Assembly: GCA_037130365.1 (NCBI GenBank)
Contig: JBAXTE010000015.1
Span: 4,242-68,241, forward strand
Origin: Bacteroidota bacterium
GTDB lineage: Bacteria > Bacteroidota > Bacteroidia > Bacteroidales > WCHB1-69
Direction: 5' to 3'
DNA: 64,000 bases
Shown: one piece after another, positions 56,150 through 64,000 of the stretch
Layout: the number at the start of each line of letters is the position of its first letter
Position numbering within the stretch: the stretch's first letter is position 1
Made by a program: the position numbers and the translations under genes
The notes under the pieces: model-generated
What the model was told of the DNA's origin: nothing
Seen by the model: only the letters and a program-made list of their open reading frames with translations
Database searches by the model: none

Positions 56150-57319
56150 TCAAGGCAAATCTATTGGCCTCGCAAACCTAGGGTTCGTAATAAAATCATG
56201 ATCTGTGAGAGCGAGTAAAAATGCTTTAAGTTGTGTCTTCTCAATCGGAGTCAGCAGTGCACCTCCTTGGTTTATTTTATGCATCAAAGGATGAACGTAG
56301 GGAGAGGAAACTAATTGTGAACTATAGAATTCAATTACTTCATCGAGTGTTTTGTATCTGCCATCGTGCATATATGGCCCTGTTAATGCAATGTTTCGCA
56401 ATGTTGGTGCTCTGTATGCTCCGTGGTCTGAAGGATTTTGTGTAACAGCAAATCGATCTCGGGGATCGTTAAAAACAGTGTCTTTGCCGTTGTTGTAAAA
56501 TAAATTGGTCGTCATTAATGCATTTCCACCACCTCCATGACAGTGAAAACAATCCCCACCTTCTTCTGTAGTAAACAAAATATAACCCGCCATTTCATCT
56601 TCCGACAGATTTTCTTCACCTTGTAACCATCGGTCAAATTTTGAATTACTGCTCACTAAGGTGCGCACAAATTGAGCAATCGCTTTTTTAATTCGGTCAA
56701 AAGTTACTTCTTTAGTGCCAAATGCCGCTTCAAACATCGGTGGATATATTGCAATGGACGAAATAGCTGCAACTGCTCTTTCGGGCGTACTATACATCTC
56801 GTGTGGCGCTGTTAGTCCCATTTCTACAACATCTTCTATCGATCTTCGTTTTGAATTTGGATTTGTTTTATAAATTAACCCATTCCAAAAATACCCTTCG
56901 TTATTAAAAACTAAATTTTGCATAGGCAACATCACGTGAGGCGTTGGTATTCCTGTGACTCCAAATGGTTGACCGTCGGTATATTTTGGATGATTAATAC
57001 CACATTCAAATGCATTTTCTTGCAAATGGCAAGTGCCACAGCTCATTAACGAATCGGGATTAGTGCCCAAATAACCCCGTAATCTGCCATCATAGAAAAG
57101 GTAACGACCCAATTGAATTCCTTCAACAGTCATCGGATTGTCAGAGGGATTATTAATGATAGTTGGAAAAAATCGAGGAATGGTTAACGTATAAGGTGTT
57201 GGCACATTTAGATGCTCTTGGATAAGCGCTTCTTTCTTGCACGAAAAAATTAATAGATTAATTCCGATTAATAACATTATAAAGATGATTGATAATGCCT
57301 TAATTTTGATTTTTGCCAT
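56150..57319 (-). CDS. di-haem cytochrome c peroxidase (CCP/MauG family)
   Basis: 389 aa with a signal/anchor sequence and two haem-binding motifs, 'CGTCH' and 'CFHCH'. Confidence 0.88.
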   Translation of the reverse strand: MAKIKIKALSIIFIMLLIGINLLIFSCKKEALIQEHLNVPTPYTLTIPRFFPTIINNPSDNPMTVEGIQLGRYLFYDGRLRGYLGTNPDSLMSCGTCHLQENAFECGINHPKYTDGQPFGVTGIPTPHVMLPMQNLVFNNEGYFWNGLIYKTNPNSKRRSIEDVVEMGLTAPHEMYSTPERAVAAISSIAIYPPMFEAAFGTKEVTFDRIKKAIAQFVRTLVSSNSKFDRWLQGEENLSEDEMAGYILFTTEEGGDCFHCHGGGGNALMTTNLFYNNGKDTVFNDPRDRFAVTQNPSDHGAYRAPTLRNIALTGPYMHDGRYKTLDEVIEFYSSQLVSSPYVHPLMHKINQGGALLTPIEKTQLKAFLLALTDHDFITNPRFARPIDLP

Positions 57320-57478
57320 TTGAGTTCCAAGATTAAAGAACTACAAAAATAGGCAATTTTTAAATTATTAACCGTAGTTATTTCGTTGTTATTACTATAA
57401 TTCGTAATTTCGAAGAATAATTGGTTTTCCACACCATGAATAGGAATGTTTTTTTAGTTATTAAAATTCAAGAGAATT

Positions 57479-58567
57479 ATGAAATTCACGATAGGTCAAA
57501 AAGTAAAATTTTTAAACGAAGTAGGAGGAGGGGTAATTACCAAAATAATTAGCCCAACAATGGTATCTGTAACCACCGAAGATGGTTTTGATATGCCATA
57601 TATCACCTCCGATTTAATACCCGCATTCTCGTCAGATTCTGCCGGAAAAATGTTTGATCCGAAAGAAACCGATTTTTCAACAGCAATTCAGCCATCAGAT
57701 TCAAATAGGGATGTGGATGAAAATGATTACGAACGAGAAACTCCATTAGATCGGTTCTCATCAGCAAAAAAAGATCCCGCCGGAATCTATCTCTGTTTTG
57801 TCCCTCACGATCAAGTATGGTTGCTTAAAGACGATTTAGATGTGTATGTTGTGAATAATACAAACTATGTCGTATTATATAATTTGATGATTAATAACCA
57901 AGAAAATCTGTGGGAAGGCATAGACTATGGCTCTATTAATCCAAATTCTAAGATGTTAATCAACACAATTCAGCGCGATGATATCAATAAATGGATTAAA
58001 GGAGCATTGCAAGTTATCTTTCATTCAGAATTAGATCAACGAGTTCATTTGCCAATTAATGATATGTTTTCGATAAAATCATCGAAATTTTTCAATAAAG
58101 ATAGTTATCATTCGTGTTCTTTTTTAGCTAGTAAATCAGTGGTTATCAATGTTGGGTCAATTCCTGAATTTGTACAAACGAACCGCGAGGAACTTCAAAA
58201 ATACGATGAGCTCACTGTTGCTGAAACCACTAGTAGAAATATTGTTACTAGCGTGTCGATGTTGAAAAACTTCATGACAGATTCAGGAGTCGCTGAAGTC
58301 GATTTGCACATTGAAGCCTTGGTCGATAATCCTTCGGAAATCGATACAGTTCAAATGCTTACCATCCAAACTTCTACGTTTAATAAATATCTCGAAGAAG
58401 CAATTCGCCTGAAATTGCAAAAAATTATATTTATACACGGAGTTGGTATTGGGCGACTAAAATCAGAAATTTTAAAAATTCTTCAGCAATATCCAAACTT
58501 ACATCACTTTGATGCGCCAATTTCTAAGTATGGCTCAGGTGCTACCGAAGTCTGGATTAAGGACTAA
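57479..58567 (+). CDS. DUF2027-like N-terminal domain + C-terminal Smr (MutS2-type small nuclease) domain protein
   Basis: 362 aa. The C-terminal 'EVDLHIEAL...IFIHGVGIGRLKSEILKIL' matches the Smr domain pattern. Confidence 0.72.
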   Translation: MKFTIGQKVKFLNEVGGGVITKIISPTMVSVTTEDGFDMPYITSDLIPAFSSDSAGKMFDPKETDFSTAIQPSDSNRDVDENDYERETPLDRFSSAKKDPAGIYLCFVPHDQVWLLKDDLDVYVVNNTNYVVLYNLMINNQENLWEGIDYGSINPNSKMLINTIQRDDINKWIKGALQVIFHSELDQRVHLPINDMFSIKSSKFFNKDSYHSCSFLASKSVVINVGSIPEFVQTNREELQKYDELTVAETTSRNIVTSVSMLKNFMTDSGVAEVDLHIEALVDNPSEIDTVQMLTIQTSTFNKYLEEAIRLKLQKIIFIHGVGIGRLKSEILKILQQYPNLHHFDAPISKYGSGATEVWIKD

Positions 58568-58680
58568 TTAATGAATGATTTTTACTTTTTGATTCGCAAA
58601 TCTAGTAAAATGAGATTTTGTAAAACTTGAAGTAAGATTTCTTTTTGGGCGTGTCCTCGTCTAATGTTGTTAATATTAAA

Positions 58681-58717
58681 ATAGAGCAGAAAAAACTAAA
58701 TTTTCTGCTCTATTTTG
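58681..58717 (+). terminator. candidate terminator after the Smr gene
   Basis: atagagcag-(15 nt)-ctgctctat hairpin followed by tttgt. Confidence 0.45.
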
Positions 58718-59040
58718 TATAAATTACCGATACGAGGTCGGGCTTTTTGCTACAATCTTTTTTACCCTCGATTATGCTGTTTTAATCATTCCCCGATTTT
58801 CAAAAAAATAAATTCATAAACGGGGTTTTACTTTTTTTAATGATAGGAAGAAAAAAGGATTTTCGCGTCAATCCCTCACGCAAACAAAACCATATAGTAA
58901 AAAGGAATTTCATAAAAAAGAGGGATGAAATAACAGTTAGAACAATCCAGTAGAGAAAGACTTCACCAAAAAAGTTAAAAACCACTCTGTTTTGGATAAG
59001 ATTGGTCTTAACGCAAACGCGGTCCTATGATGCAACTCTC

Positions 59041-59520
59041 ACAAAACAAAAGTTTCATATTCAAAGAACTAAGCTTTCTTTGGGGGCATAAACCGCCTTG
59101 AGTAAAAGAGCGTTGAGAACCGAGACCCGCCTTCGCGGGACGAGCTCTAAACGACCTTTAAATAAAATAAATATTTACGTATAAAAAAAAACAAGTTCAA
59201 CCACTTCGTGGCTGTAGAGACTTTCTTATATTTTTACCGTGAGTTGCACTCACGGTTATTCACATTCAACCACCTCGTGGCTGTTTTGGAGTTCCGATTT
59301 AGCGCTGAAGGCGCGTAATATCAATAACCGCCAGTAGAACTGGCGCCTGCCAAAATATCTGTGAAACTCAGCCCCGAATGGGGTTGAACAATGCTCAAGC
59401 AAAACAGGAGGTTCAATCACTTCGTGGCTGATTTCTGGTTTCCTTTTAGCGCTTTTGCGGCGACCTTTTTTTGCCACGCTTTTAGCGTGGTGACTCCCGC
59501 AAGGCGGGAGCATTAGGACA
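59041..59520. repeat. composite hairpin-rich intergenic element, copy 2
   Basis: Same left module and right end as 55638-56008. The middle contains three copies of CAA(C/T)CAC(T/C)TCGTGGCTG and at least six short GC hairpins. Confidence 0.8.
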
Positions 59521-59680
59521 AGTAAAGGGAAATTTTTTATTCTTCTTCCACTCAAATTTGAAATTATGTTTTCTTTCTAATGAAAGAAAATATAATTTCA
59601 TTTTACATACTTCTATCCCTACTTTTATTATTGACACGAAATTCTCGCAATTTTATACATAAAAAACGTACCTTTGCAAT

Positions 59681-60057
59681 TGTAACAACGGATGGGTCTG
59701 TCGCTGTTTTCGGTAACGAAGAGAGAGGAAAGTCCGGGCAATACAGAGTACCATGCTTCTTAACGGGAAGGGGTTGTAAACGGGAGGTTACGACTACAGA
59801 AAGTGCCACAGAAAATAACCGCCACGCCTCGGCGTGGTAAGGGTGAAAACGTGAGGTAAGAGCTCACGATTAGTCTAGGTGACTAGATTAATGGGTAAAC
59901 CTCATGGATTGAAAGGCCAAATAAACCGGGGCTTGAGGGCTACTCGCCTGATCCCGGAGGGTAGGTCGTTTGAGGTGTATGGCAACATACATCCTAGATA
60001 AATGACAGATGTTGTGCTTGCACAATACAGAACCCGGCTTACAAATCCGTTGTTACA
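59681..60057 (+). ncRNA. rnpB: RNase P RNA, bacterial type A
   Basis: P1 pairing tgtaacaacggat / atccgttgttaca. Universal P4 strands 'GAGGAAAGTCCGGGC' and 'ACAGAACCCGGCTTA'. Also 'ACAGAAAGTGCCACAGAAA' and 'GGTAAGAGCTCAC'. Confidence 0.92.
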
Positions 60058-60071
60058 AAACCTCCTTTTTT

Positions 60072-60488
60072 TTGTTTATAAGTTTATGGGGTTAAAGGTC
60101 TAATGGTTTATATCTTTATTGGGAGACCCAACATATCAATCCCGAAAAACAGTTCGCCAAAAGCGAAACGTTGTTTTTCGTGCCCCGTAAACGAGGGTTA
60201 AAAGATCCTCGAAAAATAACAAAATCAAAGATTTTTATTTTTCGGGACCTATCAACTCATCAACCTATCAACTAATAAACTCATCAACCCATCAACTATT
60301 TTGTTTATAGGTTCAAGGTTTATAAGTTTATAGGGAGACCCAATATTTCAACCTTCAACCTATCAACTTATCAACCCATCAACCCATCAACCTATCATTT
60401 TTTTTTGTTTATAAGTTCAAAGTTTATAAGTTTATAGGGAGACCCAACATTCCAACCTATCAACCCATCAACCCATCAACTCATTATC
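60072..60488. repeat. three units (one partial) of the 'TTGTTTATAGG...GGGAGACCCAA...CAACCCATCAAC' repeat, reverse orientation relative to 30680-30851
   Basis: 60299-60395 and 60405-60488 are reverse-complement homologues of the 30.7-kb units. A separate palindromic segment at about 60140-60250 interrupts the array. Confidence 0.85.
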
Positions 60489-60500
60489 AAATTACGCTCT

Positions 60501-62069
60501 CTATTTTCTAAATAAATCACTCCAAGAAATTGGTCTTAATGCTATTTGCCAATTAAAATTTCTTAGTTTAATATCGTTCACGCTTATTTTATCTTCGGGA
60601 GACATAGCCGCCTTTGGTTTTCCTGAAATTAAAATTGAGCTCACTTGGTTATCTTGAAGCAATAATGTCATATAACTTGATTCCGTTTTATTAATTCCAA
60701 TCAACTTATTAAAGTCATCCAACACATAATAAAGACTTTCTGCATTCCCATTTACATCCACATTATTGAGTTTGTTTTTAATAAAATCGCCAATCATGTA
60801 TCTACCTTTTATTTGGTTAAATCTACTTGTATCAACAGCTGATATGATATACGCCGCAGAATTTAAAAACATCTTATGCAATTGTCTATTTCTTATCTGA
60901 AAAATAATTGTATCGGAGACTAATTGATTTTCTCCAGACCAAACTACTGGTTTTCGATGCATAAAAATCATAGAATCTGCCACTAAATAAACTAAAGAAT
61001 CGCAAGCTCCTTGAATATCCGTACGAAAAAATTTACATTTTTTATAAGCATAAATCTGTTGAGGATTTTGAAGTGTGTCAAAAAACACTTTTAATGTGTC
61101 TGCATGCAAATAAAAGGTATCGATATCTTCAACAAGTATAGCCATTGCACTATCCGTAATATATGAAAGCCCACCTTGTTGGCGATACTCCGCAAAGTTC
61201 CCTTTAAATTGAACATTTTTGAGTGAATCAGAAATAGTTACATTTTTATACCCCAAACCGTAGTTTAACTTTTGATCAAAATAAAGACTATCGCCCGTTA
61301 TTGTTTGTTTGCCATTTGTTATGGATGCATTTTTTCTAAAAACAGATTGATCGGTTTTGGTGTTATACCAACCTAATTCACAATACATATGGTTGTTTTT
61401 TGAAATAAAATTTGTTGGACTAAAAAAGTTTGCTGTTTGCGTTTTCGTATTAAACATAAGTGTATCAGTAACAATACGATAAGTTGGATTATGAAGCACA
61501 ACACTATCTGTAAAAAAAACTTCTTTAGTAACAGAATTATATGTTCCGATTTTGCTTGTAAGTGTATCTTTTGCATTTCGAAGCATGCCACCAGTATTGT
61601 AAAAAGCAGTATTTAACGTTCTGTCGTAAATAAGCATTTCTGAGGTTAATCGTGATTTATTGTCTTTGAGGAGAACATTTCCTGTTACAGTTGCAATTTT
61701 TGTATTTCCATCATAATTAAGGTGATTTCCATACAACGAAACAGTGTCATTTAATTGAATTTTAATCCTACCAAATGCCTCCACTGAGTTAGTCTTATCG
61801 AAGAGCCAAGCACTATCACAAAACAATAGTGCTCCTTCATGTTCAAATATCACATTTCCCAAAATACGTTGCATCTCGCCCATATTTTTATCGTGACTAA
61901 GAGTAGCTGCTTGCTTAAGTTCAATTTTTGTAACATCTTGAGCTTGAATGATATTGGCATTAAACGTATAAATTACCATGATCAAAAAGGCAATTTTTGC
62001 GAAATAAAAAAATGCCTTTACTGAAGAGTAAAAATTGGTTATGTAAATATTATTAAGCGAAAAAATCAT
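60501..62069 (-). CDS. OstA-like (LptD N-terminal / LptA-fold) repeat protein
   Basis: 522 aa with an N-terminal hydrophobic anchor. Repeated beta-jellyroll-like segments such as 'GNVIFEHEGALLFCDSAWLFDKTNSVEAFGRIKI'. The start codon is uncertain. Confidence 0.6.
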   Translation of the reverse strand: MIFSLNNIYITNFYSSVKAFFYFAKIAFLIMVIYTFNANIIQAQDVTKIELKQAATLSHDKNMGEMQRILGNVIFEHEGALLFCDSAWLFDKTNSVEAFGRIKIQLNDTVSLYGNHLNYDGNTKIATVTGNVLLKDNKSRLTSEMLIYDRTLNTAFYNTGGMLRNAKDTLTSKIGTYNSVTKEVFFTDSVVLHNPTYRIVTDTLMFNTKTQTANFFSPTNFISKNNHMYCELGWYNTKTDQSVFRKNASITNGKQTITGDSLYFDQKLNYGLGYKNVTISDSLKNVQFKGNFAEYRQQGGLSYITDSAMAILVEDIDTFYLHADTLKVFFDTLQNPQQIYAYKKCKFFRTDIQGACDSLVYLVADSMIFMHRKPVVWSGENQLVSDTIIFQIRNRQLHKMFLNSAAYIISAVDTSRFNQIKGRYMIGDFIKNKLNNVDVNGNAESLYYVLDDFNKLIGINKTESSYMTLLLQDNQVSSILISGKPKAAMSPEDKISVNDIKLRNFNWQIALRPISWSDLFRK

Positions 62070-62148
62070 AATTAAAGAGTAAAAGAAGCGACAACATGCG
62101 CTATATCAGAGAACAAAGATATACATTTTTAAAAAATTGCGTTTCAAA

Positions 62149-63486
62149 TTATTTATGTTTAAGAGTAATTAACGTAATTTCGGGCAAAACTCCCACTCTC
62201 GAGAGATAACCAACGGTTCCTAATCCAGTGTTGACATATAAATATTGTAACCGATTATTAACAAACATTTTGTGAAGTCCTTGCCAATAACGGTGAGCTA
62301 ACGAAATTGGACTAATTTGATGTTTTTCACCAATGTACCCAAATTGCATTCCATGCGTATGACCAGATAAGGTTAAATCCATTGAAATATTTTGGCTGTG
62401 TAGCGATTGCCAATGAGATGGATCATGTGTAAGCAAGATTCTAAAATCATCATCAGAAATCCCTTTCATCGCTGTGCCCAAATCACCTTTAGAAGGAAAT
62501 CGTTTATTCTCACTCCAATTTTCTACACCAATAAGTGTTATCGAATCTTGAATTGAATTCACAATTTGCAAATGTTCGTTACGTAATAACTTCCATCCAG
62601 CTTTATCATAAATGGAATATAACTTATCCATATTTTTCACTTTATCCTCAGGTGTTTCCCAATTTACATAATCCCCATAATCATGATTTCCTAAAATGGC
62701 ATAGACTCCATAACGAGCCTTAATTTTCTTCATTTGTGGAATAAATTCTTCCGCTTCCGACGACTTAAAAGTTACTAAATCACCTGTGAATACTACAATA
62801 TCAGGGTTTTGTTCATTAATAATATTCACAGCCTTTTCAAACCGTTTAGTACCAATCCAACTAACAAAATGAATATCCGAAATCTGAACAATCTTAAACC
62901 CATCAAAGGATTTTGGCAATCTAGAACTTTCAATAGTAACTTCTACAACTTTAAAACGATAAGCATCAACCAAAGATCCCCAAGCAAACAGCATTATAAA
63001 AATTGCTGAAACTAATATTCCTACACCAATAATAATTTTATTCCTTTTGGGTAATTTATGAGGGTTTTTACTAATAAATAAATGATGCAACAAATAAGAA
63101 GTAACTCTAGTGGTGTCTGATAAAAGAATAAAAATAAAGAGAATGAATTTTATTGAAAAAGCAATCATCACAGCGCCCGAAATAGCATAAGAAAGTGTAT
63201 TTACGAATGCTTGATACCCATAAAAAGCGACACAAACCATTAGTCCAATAAGAACATATGAAGGTAACCAGTAGAGCGTAACCAGTAGATATTTAATTTT
63301 TCTTTGAAAAGAAAAAAACCAACTTCTGAATACTCTCCAAATATAGTAATCTCCAATAAAAAGTATTGCAAATACAATAATTCTGGTGATGTTTTTTGGG
63401 AAATAAGTTACCACCATTGATATTAAAAAGATTATGCAAATGAATAGGATAATTTTAAACCAATTTGCGCTAATGAATTTTCCCAT
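62149..63486 (-). CDS. membrane-anchored metallophosphoesterase
   Basis: 445 aa. Five or six N-terminal TM helices, then 'QISDIHF', 'TGDLV', 'GNHDY' and 'SGHTHG'. Confidence 0.85.
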   Translation of the reverse strand: MGKFISANWFKIILFICIIFLISMVVTYFPKNITRIIVFAILFIGDYYIWRVFRSWFFSFQRKIKYLLVTLYWLPSYVLIGLMVCVAFYGYQAFVNTLSYAISGAVMIAFSIKFILFIFILLSDTTRVTSYLLHHLFISKNPHKLPKRNKIIIGVGILVSAIFIMLFAWGSLVDAYRFKVVEVTIESSRLPKSFDGFKIVQISDIHFVSWIGTKRFEKAVNIINEQNPDIVVFTGDLVTFKSSEAEEFIPQMKKIKARYGVYAILGNHDYGDYVNWETPEDKVKNMDKLYSIYDKAGWKLLRNEHLQIVNSIQDSITLIGVENWSENKRFPSKGDLGTAMKGISDDDFRILLTHDPSHWQSLHSQNISMDLTLSGHTHGMQFGYIGEKHQISPISLAHRYWQGLHKMFVNNRLQYLYVNTGLGTVGYLSRVGVLPEITLITLKHK

Positions 63487-63704
63487 AGTCTGAATGTCTA
63501 AAGTAGATTGATATTTTCAAGAATATTAACATTAAACGAAGTAGAATATTCTATAAATTTGCACAAAAATATACAAAGTACTTCAATTGCAATCAAGAAA
63601 AAATAAATTAAATAATATACACAACTATTTTACGTTGAATAACGTCTAGTAGATGTTAAAAAAATAACTAGTTCAGCCATTTTAAAACTCAATCTAATTT
63701 AGCA

Positions 63705-64000
63705 ATGAAAAAAAGAATAATTGTTTTTACATTAATGCTTATTGCAACTCAAGTAGTTGGTTTTGCTCAAAAAAAGAAAAGCTCAACTGAAACAGGATAT
63801 AATATCTCTGTAACGATTAAAGGTCACGCCGATTCGTTATTATATTTGGCAAATTATTATGGTGGAAATCAATATTTAAAGGATTCAGCTTATTCGAATA
63901 AAAACAAACCAGGAGTCTTTGTTTTTAAAGGCAAAGAGCCTCTTCTAGGTGGAATTTATATTTTAGCTACTCAAAAAAAAGTGAAGCTTATTGAGTTAGT
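63705..64000 (+). CDS. secreted protein, N-terminal part only (DUF4369/TlpA-like thiol-disulfide oxidoreductase N-terminus suspected)
   Basis: The ATG at 63705 gives MKKRIIVFTLMLIATQVVGFAQ... and YNISVTIKGHADSLLYLANYYGGNQYL. The frame stays open to the window end. Confidence 0.4.
   Translation, partial: MKKRIIVFTLMLIATQVVGFAQKKKSSTETGYNISVTIKGHADSLLYLANYYGGNQYLKDSAYSNKNKPGVFVFKGKEPLLGGIYILATQKKVKLIEL

Noticed and set aside
58800-58985. 61-aa ORF in the Smr-rnpB gap
   Set aside because: It is a hydrophobic, low-complexity translation of AT-rich intergenic DNA. It has no start context and sits amid repeat-like sequence.
59256-59555. 99-aa ORF (MSGRRIKNFPLLV...)
   Set aside because: It is composed of translated GC hairpins and the repeated CAACCACTTCGTGGCTG word (giving 'SHEVVE/SHEVIE'). 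It has no plausible promoter context or protein features.
59580-59840. 86-aa and 68-aa ORFs at 59580-59840 (+) and 59603-59809 (-)
   Set aside because: They lie inside or overlap the RNase P RNA gene, which has the conserved P4 and P1 elements.

Overview
This is a low-GC chromosomal segment that looks like Bacteroidota. The evidence is several T9SS C-terminal sorting domains, TAnnTTTG -7 promoter boxes just upstream of starts, lipid A and OstA-like envelope genes, and a type-A RNase P RNA. About two thirds is housekeeping: the rplM-rpsI-rpsB-tsf-pyrH-frr string, pyk, gpsA, a DEAD-box helicase, yidC, cytochrome c peroxidase, tRNA-Ser(CGA) and rnpB. The rest is accessory or cell-surface genes: a DUF1566 surface protein, a 1833-aa alpha-2-macroglobulin with an intact CLEQ thioester, a T9SS metalloprotease, a 1548-aa T9SS adhesin-like protein, and a TPP-enzyme/dehydratase-like/PAS/hybrid-kinase operon. 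The best candidate for a new system is at 44.5-49.9 kb. It comprises a 62-aa ORF with a lasso-type leader motif (YxxPxI), then a PqqD-family RRE, an HprK-like kinase, and an ABC exporter carrying an N-terminal SipW/Sec11-type (S26) serine peptidase domain. A PF14907-type nucleotidyltransferase converges on this cassette. No Asn-synthetase-like lasso cyclase or transglutaminase-like B2 protease is present in the window. The peptide contains an AXA site (ASA|T) that fits the fused peptidase. The 12-kb block carrying this cassette, the protease and the adhesin is bracketed by same-orientation copies of an 'ATCCGC'-word repeat element. Three other intergenic repeat families occur, and tRNA-Ser has an odd partial 5' duplication in its leader. 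All functional calls rest on motifs read by eye from the translations, because no searches could be run.
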